Shown in pieces: positions 26,233 through 39,723 of a DNA stretch of 64,000 nucleotides. The stretch comes from Eledone cirrhosa (lineage: Eukaryota), in assembly GCA_964016885.1 (NCBI GenBank), contig OZ024740.1:360034001-360098000 (forward strand), in the 5' to 3' direction. Each line of letters starts with the position of its first letter. Within the stretch, counting starts at the first letter, position 1. Under the pieces are notes generated by a model. The model was not told the origin of the DNA, searched no databases, and was given only the letters and a program-made list of their open reading frames with translations. The translations under genes were made by a program, and so were the position numbers.

Positions 26233-26270
<38 letters not shown>
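25700..26270. repeat. Compound (TA)n/(CA)n microsatellite region
   Basis: Direct inspection; similar tracts at 27500, 27900, 28980, 57650 and 63510. Confidence 0.95.
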
Positions 26271-26275
<5 letters not shown>

Positions 26276-26626
26276 AAATATAGATCAAAATAAATTATCT
26301 CAATCCAATTATACCATAAAAAGCTCAATGAACATTAAGAGCAAAAATCCAAATTTTCAGAGCATCATTTACACAATATTATTGAGGTATAGGAAGAGCA
26401 TCCAGCTGTAGAAACCAAACCAAAATCAGTTCTGTATAAGAAAGGCATGATCATCTGACCTAGCATTGCCCACAACAAGACAACTCATCTAACACATGCT
26501 AGCGTGGAAGAATGGACATAAAATGATGATGATGATGATGATTTAATAAAACAAAGCATAGTAAGTAAAACATATTAAAAACCAAATGTAATTTTACTTA
26601 CATTATAATTAGTAACTCCAATTATA

Positions 26627-26809
26627 TTGCTGACGTTTGAGACGTTTGGTGGAGTTGGGCCACTGACAGCGCAGTTCTTGTCATCGTTGGCGGCTCACCT
26701 TACTGAGGTGTCAGGTGATGCCTGTGAGGGTGCCTGGTTATTTCAGCGCCTTAGCCTCGCCCATGGTAATGGTGCAAGCATGTTGGCTTGCCTGAAAGTG
26801 TGCAATTAA
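26627..26809 (+). mobile_element. 3' fragment of CRE-like non-LTR element (RLE C-terminus)
   Basis: FETFGGVGPLTAQFL..WLFQRLSL..GN..MLACLK, nearly collinear with 53270-53452. Confidence 0.85.
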
Positions 26810-27405
26810 CCCCTAAGGTGTGAGGTGCAGCTGATTATTACACTTGGTGGAGAATCCCCCCCCACACACACACTTTTTTTTCCTTCTATTTTTCTTTCCT
26901 TTATCATTTTTGTTCAATGAATTTATATTATTGTGTTATTATACACGGTTTAAACATTATATTTGCAATGTCCTTCTGAATGAATTGCGAGCAATTTATA
27001 ATGTCATTTACGCATTTGTAATGTTCTTTATGTATATATTTAAAACATATTTGCAATGTTATTCTACTGTAAATTTATACAATTGTAATAAAACCCATAT
27101 TTTGTTCAAATTATATTGCTTATACCAGTTTTGAACAACAAAGAAAAAATACTAACTACCATAATTAAAATGAGTTAATCAGTAAATTAAGACAATTTGT
27201 CCTCATCAGTAAGCTTGTCTTACAGATAGATAAGCCTATGCAAGGGAATTCAAATGAAATGACTTGTGTTGGTATCAAACTAAAAAGACAACTAACTTGT
27301 AAGTAAAATTGTGTTTGCCTCTAGATATACTTTTGCTAATTATGCTTTGTTTTACTAAATATAAGTATCATTATACCTCAATAATATTGTACATATATAT
27401 ATATA

Positions 27406-27500
27406 CAGGACGTCCCCAAAAATGTATACACACTTCAACAGCATTCTAATAAATATTGCCTATACAGGTAAACCAAATGTGTATACATTTTTGGGGGACA

Positions 27501-27504
<4 letters not shown>
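27406..27504. mobile_element. Tc1/mariner-type MITE
   Basis: TIRs CAGGACGTCCCCAAAAATGTATACAC / GTGTATACATTTTTGGGGGACACCT flanked by TA; same core as 28601-28708. Confidence 0.75.
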
Positions 27505-27547
<43 letters not shown>

Positions 27548-27899
27548 TCATCATCACCATTTAACGACCATTTTCCATGCTAGCATGGGTTAGACAAATT
27601 GTTATATATGATTATATATATATATATATAATCATAATCAAATGAAATTTTGTTTTTAGCTTGATTAACAAGTCTGATGAACACATCGATGCTGGAGTTG
27701 GGTCTATAACACAAATAGGGACCTTGAGCCAACCATCTATGGAAAGTACATAACTGGTTGATAATCAATAAAAACATTAATTGAAACTTGATTGTGTTAA
27801 ACTTAATACACACACACACACACACACACACCCACACATATATATCATCATCATCATCATCATCACCATTTTACATCCATTCTTCCACGCTAGCATGGG

Positions 27900-27975
<76 letters not shown>

Positions 27976-28600
27976 TACATAGGTGAGTGTGTGTGCATTT
28001 AATATAACAATAGTGAAAAAAATTACTACAATTCATTTAGGTATAAAAATAACAACAAAAAAGAAGAAAAATAGTATTTACATAGATTTAGAAAGACAGA
28101 GAGTGGAGTGGTGGTGGTGGGTGTGTGGGAGAAAACAGGTGATTTTGTTTCAAAATTAGATTTAGTGAGAGATTTAATGCTAATTTCTTTTTTAGACTCA
28201 TGGCCAATTTTGTAGAAAAGTGAATATAGTCAAGTGAATAAACTCTAATAACTTACTGGTATGTATTTTATAGACTGCATCAGGATGAAATGCAAAGTTG
28301 ACTGTGACAAGATTTCATTACTTCATAAGAGCAATGGGACTAAATACTGGTGAAGGAGGCCTTCAGTCTTCTGCTCTGTCATTTCTTTCAACTTGCCATC
28401 CTTAGTGAGAAGAAAATATTTAACAAAACGTTTGATGTCAGTGGGTGATAAGAAATATGATTTCCATGAAAAATTTATATTTTATTGTAAGTATTGGACT
28501 AGGAAAATGTATTGAAATAGTTAGATATGATATCAAACAAGTAAATATAAGGTAAATTCTCATATTTGTATCAAAGCATATATATATATATATATATACA

Positions 28601-28708
28601 CAGGTTGTCTCCAAAAACATGTATACACACTTCAACAGCATTCTAATAAATATTGCCTGTACAGTTAATCAAAGTGTGTATACATTGGGAGGGGGGGGGG
28701 ACACCCTG
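28601..28708. mobile_element. Tc1/mariner-type MITE, second copy
   Basis: Same TIRs and internal TTCAACAGCATTCTAATAAATATTGCC as 27406-27504. Confidence 0.75.
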
Positions 28709-28719
28709 TATATGTATGT

Positions 28720-29069
<350 letters not shown>

Positions 29070-29094
29070 TATATATACATATATACAGATATCA

Positions 29095-29675
29095 CCACCA
29101 CCACTATCATTTAATGTCCACTTTCTTTGCTAGCAAGAGTTAGATAGGTCAATGCAGACTAAGTCAATATTTAATTGGAGCTACTGACTTTTGAGATGGG
29201 TCAGGGGCCTGCATCTCATTTACATTATCACATTCTACAGAGAGCATTTTATCATGGTCCCAACATTAGGCAGGTTGTCATGTCTTTGACACAACTGAAG
29301 AGCTCTCCCGACCCTTTGTTAGACAAGTTTTCTATGGCTGGATGCCCTTCCTATCACCAACCAATTTACAGAGTGTAGATCAACAAAATGAAAGAAATTG
29401 TCATGCCCTTGACACAAATCTTGGTGATAGGATGGGCATCCAGCCACAGAAATCTTGCCAAACAAAGGGTTGTTGGTAGGACCCTAAGTTGTGTCAAAGG
29501 CATAATAACCTATCCTGAGCATTCGATAGAATGAAAGATTGTACATAAGCGAGACACAGTCCCTAGCCTGCCTGGGAGATCAGTGGCTTTCCTTCAATAT
29601 TGACTTGGTCTGTATGGACCCGTCCAACCCTTGCTAGCAGGGAAAGCGGATATTATGATGATGATGATGATGATG
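29095..29675. repeat. Inverted pair of SINE/LINE-tail repeats
   Basis: The left part (about 29095-29380, minus) and the right part (about 29420-29675, plus) are diverged reverse complements, both ending in the TTGCTAGCA..(ATG)n tail family. Confidence 0.7.
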
Positions 29676-30139
29676 ACATATATATAAATGAATAAGGAAT
29701 AACCAGGATTTAAATTAGATAATTTAATTGATTGACAAAAGTTTCAATTAGAATACCAATCTTTTCAAAATCTATTAAACAGCATTAACATTTACCAATA
29801 CATGACCATAAGACAATCACAGAAGTCCAAAAATATAACAAGAATTAATATAACAGGAATGAATATTCCTGTTATTTCAATTGAAATGTACATCAATCAA
29901 TTAAATGATTTAATTTAACCCTTTAGCATTTAAACTGGTCGTATCTGGCCAGAATTCTCTCCCCTCTTTCTGTTCAAACCGCCCATAACTGGCTTCTCAT
30001 ATTTATGTTAAGGTATTGTTCTTAAAATAAATAATATCAAAATCTTGTAGATACGATATTATGTGGGATAATTATGTGAGGTAAAGTGTTTACTGTGAAA
30101 ATACAATAGTAAATATAGAGTAATGTAAATACTAAAGGG

Positions 30140-31445
30140 TTAAATTCTGGTTATTCTGAATCTGGGGCAAAACCCACACTGTTTGTCAGCCAGCTTGGAC
30201 TCAACAATCTCCCTGAATCTTTTTGTCAGACACTTAGCATAGACATTACTGGGAAGGCTTAACAAGGAGATCCCTCTATAATTGAAGCAATCTCTCTTGT
30301 CTCTATTTATGAAAATTGGGATTATCACTTCTGATTGCCATTGCTTATGAGCTTTTCCAGAGATAGAAGCCACCTTGCATACACAAATCAGCTAGAGAAT
30401 ACATTCTCTATTTATGGCTTTTAACATCTTGGGTCAAATCTCATCATCCCTATTGGCCTTGCTACATTTGAATTCTTTAATTGCTCTTGTGACCTTAGCC
30501 CCCGAGAGGTTAGTCATCGCTCCCAGATGCAACTCATGTAAATCAAATGTTGTTGTGACCAAGTTTAGGAGATCAGTAAAGTATTCTCTCCACTTCGCAA
30601 AGATGCACTTCTCTGAAGAGAGGAACAACCCTGGTGCATTCCTGATAGCAGGTGTGGAGGAGGACTTCCTATTACAAAGTTGGATCGTTTGCCAGAATAT
30701 TTTATTTGCTGATCTGAAGTCGAATTCCAGCTTAACCTTCAAATCCTCCCATGTCTTAACTTTGGACACTTCTAATGTCTCTACTGTAACCTTTTGTGCC
30801 TGCTTGTACTGCAAATACAAGAACTTATTTCTGACACCACACTAAGCATTTAACAGCTGTAGCAGAAACTGCTGAGCTGAACAATCTCCACTCAAAGACA
30901 ATAACAAAATCAATTATTGATCTCTGTCCCTGATTTCCCTTATACCATGTATATTTATGGATGTCTCTGTGCTGGAAGAAGGTGTTCATAACAGAAAATC
31001 CATTACTAGAACAGAAGTCTAATAAGGCCTCTCCATTCCTATTTAGATAGGGATTGCCATTTCTTCCAATCACTTCTTTCCATGTCATAGAGTCACTGCC
31101 AACATATGCATTGAATATAGGATATATAACTCAGTCTTAACTACATCTAATGCTGCAATGACTTCATCAAGGATGGATCTGTATTCGAACTCTCTATTTG
31201 GTGCCTAAATATGCACCCCACACACACAGACCTTTCTTTCTGCCTAAGCTGATCCACTTCCACCTGTGCAGTCATTTCTGGCACCACACCTGAATAGTGG
31301 AGTTTCCATCCCCCATCCTAGTCTATAGTACCAGAGCCACAGAACTTTGTTGAGGAAACCCCGACTATATCTAGCCAGTAGCATCTGGCTTCCTCTAATA
31401 GTTCCTACTCTTTACCTGTAATGGTTATAATATTCAAGTTACCAA
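30140..31445 (-). mobile_element. RTE-type LINE fragment: APE endonuclease and start of RT
   Basis: LDIVGVSSTK, NGEALLDFC..NTFFQHRDIHKYTW..SIIDFV, WREYFTDLLN, IIPIF..NYRGISLLSLP..QCGF. Confidence 0.85.
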
Positions 31446-32941
31446 TTGTAAAGGTTTGCTCTTTTCTGAACCCTCTTTTGAGTTTCTGGATATGTCCCCT
31501 TTCTGCTTCCATCCCACACCATGAGGACAGGTATTGCAGCATTGAATGGAGACTGCAATATATTTTTCAAACAGGCTCCTCTACCTAACGTTTGAACATG
31601 TCCCTTGTTATTCTGCACGATGAACGATGCAGTAGGACTGCCTTTATTGTTTCTCACCACATTGCAGTGTTTTGTGGGTCTTATTCCTGCCAGTCACCAA
31701 TTGATACTTTTCTCAGACCTGTGAAGACTAGGCTTTTTTGGAGGTGGCCTTTACTTGCCTCATCATAGCTACATCACTGGGTTATGATAGTTTTCTTGGA
31801 AGCTAACAGTTTCACCCATTGTTTTATCTCCCCTAGTAGTTTGCTACTATTGGTCCAAGTTTCTTCTTCATCTGGCAGGAGCCCGCTTATATTACAAATA
31901 ACTATCATATCTGGAGGACATATTGCTATCTGCCATCTGCAACCCATTCTCTATCAGAGCAGCTCAGCCAAGAATCATCATAATAATTTTATTTTAGATA
32001 TTTTTCTGAGATGATGTTCTAGATATCAGCTTACTAATGAAAAACTTATTTTATTAAATTCCTCAAAATGTTTGGATTTTTTCAAAATTATTTGAAGCAC
32101 ATAGGCAGTGTGTTTCATTAGAAATGCGGTAATACCACCATCTGGTGAGTCACTTCAATTTTTTCATGATTTCTTTCTGTAGAGGCAGTTCCTTGGTTAT
32201 TTCACATTAATATTCTTTTATGTGGAGAGGGAAGAAAGAAGAAAATATGAGAAGTTTATATTAGTTGTGTTTTTTCCTATTTCTCTGCCTTCATCTTTCT
32301 TTCAGTCTCTCTCACTCTCTCTCTCACTCTCTCACACACACTCACATTCATACACATACTCAGTTTAAGAGACTAACAAACTCATAAACTTACATACTCA
32401 TACAATGTGTTCTTTTAAACTTGCATACAAGTGTATGCTTGCTTTCTTGCTTGCTTACAGTTGTCCATCGAAATTTGATCATGACCATTTTTACATTCAA
32501 TTGTGGGTCCTTTGGTGACGATACAACCCAATTCTTGATGTGCAATTTTATCCGTAAACAAGACATATGAATGTTTGGTTGGAGAGGTAAGGGGATTTCC
32601 CCCTTTCTTACTTCTCTTGATACTGTTGAGTGTGTTTCTCCTCCATATCTTCAGCCCCCTTCCAACTGAGAGAATGCCAAAGTAAAAGGTTGGTAGTGGT
32701 GTTTTTCGTTTTTGAAGGGTTGATGTTACTCCTTTTCAAAATGGTGTGCATCTGATCTTTGAAGTGCTCTTTTGGTCCTCCAAGCCAGGCAATGAGCATA
32801 GTGTAGCTGACCATCAAGTATCCTACACAGGAAACACATATCAGATAAGTGCACTACATGTCAGAATCATTTTAGATGATACCTGTATAGTATGGCTTCC
32901 ATGCTGGTGATATTAGTTCTATGGAGGATTTCTGTGTATAC

Positions 32942-33211
32942 TGTGCGTATGGTGTGGTGTGCGGTGGCCGGAAGCTGGTGAGTGCTCGACCGGAAGAGTG
33001 CTTGACCGGAAGGGTGCTTGGCTGGAAGGGTGCTCGACCAGAAGGGCTAGCAGATCGGTCTCTTTCTAGTGGTGATCAGAAACGGTGTGGACACGAGTTT
33101 GGCAGCTCCCGGGTGTTAATGAGTTGGACGCACGTGGAAGAGGAGAAACCAGCCATGGGATTTAGCGGCGCCTATGAAAAGCGGTAAGTGAGAAAGCTTT
33201 TTCTAACCACA
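32942..33211 (+). repeat. 5' LTR (270 bp)
   Basis: Repeat of 36843-37128; internal roughly 18-bp subrepeats GACCGGAAGGGTGCT. Confidence 0.93.
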
Positions 33212-33337
33212 AGCTATTTTGGCACTGGAAACTGAGATCTGATTGAAAAAAAAACTTTCTCGAAAACAAAGCTACTGGAAAAACAGAGAGGAGTCTGTTA
33301 TTTTTTTCTTATTACGTACCGCAAGACAAATTAGGAT

Positions 33338-34096
33338 ATGGCGACGAGACTACGAACAAGCGAAGCAATTAGGGCATTTACCGGTGAAGGCGATGTTGTC
33401 GCTTGGCTGCGAAAAGTCCGGCTGGTCGCAAGCTTACAGAAAATAGATGTGACTGGCCTCATGGCACTGTACCTCGAGGGAGACGCATTGGTACTCTTCC
33501 TTGAGTTGGATGAACACAGCCAAAGGGATGCGCAAAAGATTGAGAGGCGCATGATGGAAGCGTTCGCGGAGGGACCGTTAGCCACTTTTGCTAAGCTGGC
33601 AAGGATTAGATGGAACGGTGAACGCGTTGACATTTTCGCAGCGGAAATACGGCGATTGGCCATGTTGGCTGGATATCAGGTGGAATGCGAATGCACGGTG
33701 CAGTTGGTGTTCATAAATGGATTTCCAGACAACATAGCAGTGAAACTGCAGCAAGTCCCGGGTTACAAAGAAATGGAGATGCGTTCACTGGTGGAGCAGG
33801 CCTGCATCATAGAAGAAAATGCCAAGAAGAGTGTCGCGGCGATAGCAACTAGAGAGGCTCAAGATAGCTGGCAGTGAAATCATGAAAGGGAGGCAACCAC
33901 GGCACGCGGTCGCCCGCGAACGTTTAGAGGTTGCTGTTTTAGGTGCCAGGGCCCGCACATGGCGAGAGACTGTAGAGAGTCAAGGCCGGAAATAATATGC
34001 TACCGGTGTAAGCGACCAGGCCACATCACTACTAACTGCGACCAGGGAAACGATCCAAGGGGAACTACTGCGCCAGTAGTTGCCCCTTACGAGTAG
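33338..34096 (+). pseudogene. gag: gag with premature stop at 33875
   Basis: Reading through the TGA gives CFRCQGPHMARDC and CYRCKRPGHITTNC knuckles, ending at TAG 34094-34096. A G-GGA-AAC slippery site lies at 34045. Confidence 0.88.
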
Positions 34097-34099
34097 TGG

Positions 34100-36829
34100 C
34101 GCTGCCCGTGGTGGAAGTCTTCGTGAGGGGATAGCAACAGCGAGCCCTTGTGGACACGGGCTGTACGACGACACTGGTGACCGCGGGGGTGGCGCAGAGG
34201 TGGAGAGGGAAGAGCAGCATAAGGAAAATTGATATGGGGAAGGAAAATAAGGCTTTCTGCCATTGTAGTTGACAACGTGGTGGATGGGATCGGTGTGGTT
34301 ATGGATATGGATGCAATTGGCCGTCTAGGAGGCGTCACAGTGAACAATGTCGGTGTGTCGTTTGGCGGCGCTGCGTCGGTATGCGCTGTGAGTACGCGAC
34401 AGGAGAACCAGGAGGCCCATGAGGAGAAATACCCCGTTTACACTGTGCAGGACAAAGACTTCAAGGCCATGTTTGATGGACAGCGATGGGTTATTGAGTG
34501 GTACTGGAAGGGAGAACCACCAACACTGAAGACCAAAGTGGGCTGCTATCAACACACATTGAAGGGAGACATTAGGAGCGAGTTCAAGCGAGAGGCAGAG
34601 AGATGGATTGAGGAGCGCATGCTGCTTCCCTGGAAAGAGGGTGAAGTGCGGAGTATTGCCGTTAATGGTGGTGGTGCAACCCACGAAGAACAAGGTGAGG
34701 CCGGTACTGGACTTTTGGGAACTGAACGAGCACGTGTCATGCCACACGGGTGGCGAGGTCACGGATGTCTGTTGGGAAACCCTGCGTAAGTGGAGATGCA
34801 TGACGGGGGGTTCTTCAATCGTAGATCTAAAGTCGGCATACTTGCAATTGCATATAGATGAGAAGCTCTGGCAGTATCAGCTGGTCAGGTATAAGGGCCG
34901 GACATATTGCCTGACCAGGCTCGGTTTCGGGCTGAGCTCCGCACCGAAGATCATGGCGGCGGTCCTCGAGACCATCTGGGAAAGGCCGACAAGATGAAGA
35001 GGGCCACTAATTCCTACATTGACGACATTCTAGTGGACGAGTCTGTAGTGTCGGCGGCAGAGGTCATGAGCCATTTACAGGGGTATGGACTGGCTGCAAA
35101 GCCGTCAGAAGCGTTGGAGGGAGGAGCCGCGCTGGGACTTAGGCTACAGCGAGACAGGACGGGCGTCTTGGTATTCCAGAGGGGAAATGAAGTTCCAGAA
35201 CTGGGCCCAAGTGGTGTGGGGAAAGTTGGTGGGTCACTACCCGATTGCTGGGTGGCTCCGGACGGCATGCAGCTATGTCAAGAGACGAGCGGGAGGGATG
35301 ACTTGGAGTGACAGAGTGGGAGAGAGGACGGTGGCCATGATGCAGGAGATCATGAAGAGGGTGAAGGCCGACCACCCAGTGCGGGGACGCTGGTATGTTC
35401 CCAAATCGCAGAGCAGGACCGTATGGTGCGATGCCAGCAGCATAGTGCTGGGTATCACGTTGGAGATAGGAGGTGTGAGGTCGAGGATGCAGCCTGGCTT
35501 AGGAAGAAGAACGATTGTAACCACATCAATGTGGCCGAACTGGATGCGGTGTTGAGAGTGGTGAACCTCGCCCTGAGGTGGGGACTGCGCACCATCGAGA
35601 TACGCACCGACTCGGCTACTGTACTTGGATGGGTGTGATCAGTGCTCACCAGTGAGAAGAGGGTGCGAACGAGAGGGGCGGCGGAGATGCTGATAAAGCG
35701 CCGCCTGGGAACTTTAGGAGAGCTGGCCACCGAGTTCAACCTGAGGCTGAGTGTAGTTTTCGTGCCCTCAGAGAAAAATAGGGCGGACATCTTAACTAGG
35801 GTAAAGAAAGCCTGGATGGAAGCGCCGGAGGAGGTAGAAGAGGAGATAGCTGCCGTGTGTCGGCTGACTGAGTCGGATCTGAAAGGGTTGCATGACATGC
35901 ACTACATGGGAGTGGATAGGACCCTGTTCCTAGCCAGGAGAATCGACTCGGATGTTAACAGACACAGTGTTCAAAGGGTGGTTAGAGGCTGCATCCGATG
36001 TCAGTCCATTGATCCCGCCCCGGGTGTGCACGAAGCAGGAAGCCTCCCGGTGGATCGTGACTGGAAGCTATTGGCGGTGGATGTAACGCACTACCGACAG
36101 GGAACGTACCTCTCGATGGTCGACTGTGGACCAGCACGGATGGCAATATGGAGGGAGATGAAGACTGGAACGGCCGAGGAAATCATGCGGATGTTGAGAG
36201 AGGTGTTCTTGGAGCGGGGCCCTGTGGACGAACTGCTGATGGACAACAGTGCAGCGTTCCGCTTGAAGGCGCTGAGGGAGATGCTCGATGGATGGAAGGT
36301 GGACCGTTTCTTCAGAGCAGCGCACAGGCCGAGCGGAAATGGAATTGTGGAGCGACACCACCGGACGATCAAGGCAATGGTGGAACGGGGCCACATCTCA
36401 CCAATGGAGGCAGTGTTCTGGTACAACATGTCCCCTCGGGTGGGACAGGTTGAGGAATCGGTGCCACACAGAGCAGTATTCAGATACGAGTGGCGGCACC
36501 CGTGCATGCCACCACAACGGCCAGTAGGGAGAGAGAATGCATTCGTGCAGGTGGGTGAAGAAGTCTGGGTTAAGCCCCCAGATGCACGTTGCACATCTCA
36601 ATGCGTAAGGGGAACGGTGACGGCCGTAAATTCCCAGAACAATGTGTCCGTGGACGGAGTACCACATCATGTCCTGGATGCCCGTAGAATCACTGTGTCA
36701 ACGGACTCCGAGGAAGAGGAAACCCAAAGTGCCGCCCCAACACTGTGGAGATCGCAAAGAAGTCGCAAACCACCAACCTGGACAGCAGACTTTCATATGC
36801 AGAAGGACGAGGGGGAAATTGATCCTTGA
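34100..36829 (+). pseudogene. pol: pol (PR, RT, RNase H, IN), frameshifted
   Basis: PR LVDTGC; RT RPVLDF, VDLKSAYLQ, RLGFGLSSAP, SYIDD; RH VWCDASS, HINVAEL, RTDSATV, NRADILTR; IN H..H..C..C, AVDVTH, LMDN, NGIVER. Confidence 0.9.
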
Positions 36830-36842
36830 GATCAGGGGGACA

Positions 36843-37128
36843 TGTGGGTATGGTGTAGTGTGCGGTGGCCGGAAGCTGGAGAGTGCTCGACCGGAAGAGT
36901 GCTTGACCAGAAGAGTGCTTGACCGGAAGGGTGCTTGGCCGGAAGGGTGCTCGACCGGAAGGGCCAGCAGATCGGTCTCTCTCTAGTGGTGATCAGGAAC
37001 GGTTTGGACGCGAGTTTGGCAGCTCCCGGGTGTTAATGAGTTGGACACACGTGGAAGAGGAGAAACCAGCCATGGGATTTAGCGGCGCCTATGAAAAGCG
37101 GTAAGTGAGATAGCTTTTTCTAACCACA
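36843..37128 (+). repeat. 3' LTR (286 bp, one extra internal subrepeat)
   Basis: Repeat of 32942-33211, followed by the TSD TATAC. Confidence 0.93.
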
Positions 37129-38941
37129 TATACAATCATGTCTCACCAGGTGACTGAAAAGATCTTCTGAAGACACTGAATATGAAAGGTCTCAAGAGAC
37201 TTAATATTCTGGATGTATATAGTCCATGTCTCACACCAATACTAGAGTGTGGAAATATATACTGGTCAGTAGACGATAAGAACCTTGAGATATATTTTGA
37301 GAAATATTATCTTTCTGAGCCTTCCAAAAGCTAGAGGCCTGTCTGAGGCAATTTGATATCTCACTTAGTGTGCAGTCACTGGATATTAACTGCCTAGATA
37401 TTTGAATTGGGACGGTGTAATCAGTTGTTACTGTTCTTTTGAAATAATTGATAGATCACCTCAGTTTCTGAATATAAACAATCAGACCCATCCTGATTAT
37501 ATGATCCTTGTGTTTAATTATAAACAGGACATATTATATCATAGTTGTGTTCAAACTGCTATGCTATGAAGAACACCCTCACATCATTCTTGTTAGGAGC
37601 AAGCCTGTAGATCTGCTGTCTTATCAATTCACCACTAATCCTTCATTCTGTGCAAGGAAACCTATGCACTCTGCCTGACATGGTGATATGTTACCTTCTT
37701 TGATACTGAGGTCTTGTTGTCCACATACTTTGCATGAACTTGATATAGTTGCACGTGGCAAACCTCAGGACATCTTCCACAATATGGTGAATACAATCTC
37801 TTTATGTACTACAGTGAGTCTCAAAGATTTCATTTTGGGCAGATTCAATGTCAAGCAGGGCCAGTTCTGTCAGAAGTAGGCACAGACCTCTAGAGAAGAG
37901 AATGTTACCACATTAAGTTTCTTCACTGGTGCTGTGCAAACCCTGCTTCTGGGTGGCCTGCAGCTAAATAGAACTCAATCTCATCAACTGGTGATCAAAG
38001 AAATAGATGGTTCCCTGCATTGCTCATGTATGGTGAATATTATGAATGTCGCACTGTCTAACAATGATAAAGTCAATCTGGTATCAATGACCAGAATGCA
38101 GCTGCTTCCAAATTATATTTGTTTTTCTATTGGAATCGCATATTGGTCATAGCAAGTTAACACTGAGCAGATATGGACAAGAGATAGGTGTCATTGGCGT
38201 GCTTCTTCCTGACACCTTGAACAGCCAAATATGTTGTCTCAATTAGAATGGCCAGTGCTGACATTGCTTGGATGGCCAAAGACTTTGTCTCAGTTAGAAT
38301 GGCCAGTACTTACATGGGTACTGCAGTAGTTTGTATGAGTTCATTGAGTTCTTCATAGAACTGCTCTTTGATCTCCTCCATATGCCTCATGATTGGTGCA
38401 TATGCCCTGATTATGATCACATAGCCACAGTCAAGATGAATCATAGTACCATCAACCATTTATTAACTCCATGTGGAAGAGAGTCACAAAGCTGGAGGTA
38501 ACAGATCTTGACTGTAAAGCCCATGGCAGATGTCTGGTCAGATAGAAGAGTTTCACTTGAGGCTGCTATAGTGATGCAGTTCCTTCCTCTGATACAGAGG
38601 CTGTTCATCACTGTAGGCTGATGGCAGAGAGAGAGGAAAGGGAGAGGAAATGACCAAAAAACTTGATGGGTACTTTCTTTTATTGATTCTGGAAAGGTGG
38701 TAAGTTTGCTCCAGTGGAATTTGAACTCAAAACATAAGATATCAGAAAAATAGCACAAGGCATCTATCTGATGCTCTAGTAATTCTGACAAATGACAGCC
38801 AATAACATCTACTATTTTAACAAAAGGGAGGATGCATTAAATAATATAGTCTTAAATATGAGATGTTTGATCAAAGATCTGCTTAATCAGAGTTGACCAT
38901 AACCTAAGCAACAACAACTGGTATACATTATTAACAATTAA

Positions 38942-39130
38942 GGGCAGTGGATTGGCAGTATCGGTAGAGGGTCAGACACCATGCTTTGACGTATAGTTAC
39001 GGCCCTTGCCATTATGAGTTCAAATCCCGCCGAGATTAGCTTTGCCTTTCATCCTTACGGGGGGGTCGATAAAATAAAGTACCAGTAATGCACTGGGCAT
39101 TTGCTGGCCTTGTGCCAAACATAGAAACAA
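38942..39130 (+). mobile_element. tRNA-derived SINE with TSD
   Basis: Box A-like TGGCAGTATCGG and box B GAGTTCAAATCC; flanking direct repeat ATTATTAACAATTAAG. Other copies at 50514-50690, 55438-55620 and 61563-61668. Confidence 0.85.
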
Positions 39131-39181
39131 TTATTAACAATTAAGTTCTTAATAATGTTTTTATTGACCAGACTTAATGGA

Positions 39182-39212
<31 letters not shown>

Positions 39213-39723
39213 CATCCATTTTCCCTGCTAACAAAGGTTAGTGTCAGTACTCATATAGAGCTAGGGACCTTTCAAATATGCTGAGAACCTGCATCTTACT
39301 TACTTTCATTCCCACATTCTGCTAAGTGCTGATGGGATTAAAAATAACTGTTGTTGGTTTTCTTCGAGTCAACTTTAATTCAACTATGATCAAACACTTT
39401 AACTTTTGATGTCCCTATGTTTCATTTTTCCAAGTATAGTGTAAGAAAGACTACATTATCTAATGTGTCTCTCCGGTTTTATGATGATCTGAGAAGAATT
39501 GGTTACTAATTCTGGCATGTTATGCAACAGTGTAGACGCTCTTGATTGATTTATATTGAAGATAGTTTTCAACAGAAGAGAATGAAAGCAAATAAGAATG
39601 GAAATATTTGTTACATACAGTAAATCTATGATAAATGTTCTAAGGCCAGGAAAAATAAAAAGACCTACCTGTAAATTAAAGTAACGCTGTGGCAAGTAAC
39701 CGCATTGGTAGAGACATAGTCGT

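Larger units (their letters stand above)
32942..37128 (+). mobile_element. Compact (4.19 kb) full-length Gypsy-like LTR retrotransposon, mutated
   Basis: LTRs 32942-33211 and 36843-37128 (TG..CA) with a 5-bp TSD TATAC. PPT GAGATCAGGGGGA. Order gag(2x CCHC)-PR-RT-RH-IN. Confidence 0.93.
32480..38520 (-). mobile_element. Highly degraded RTE/BovB-like LINE split by the LTR element
   Basis: AYAPI/EQFYEEL (about 38370), FKYLGS (about 37400) and KEHFKDQ (about 32760) remnants lie on either side of the LTR insertion. Confidence 0.6.

Noticed and set aside
27190-27215. Hammerhead (CTGATGA-GGAC..GTCT on minus)
   Set aside because: No GAAA, stem III or stem I could be found.
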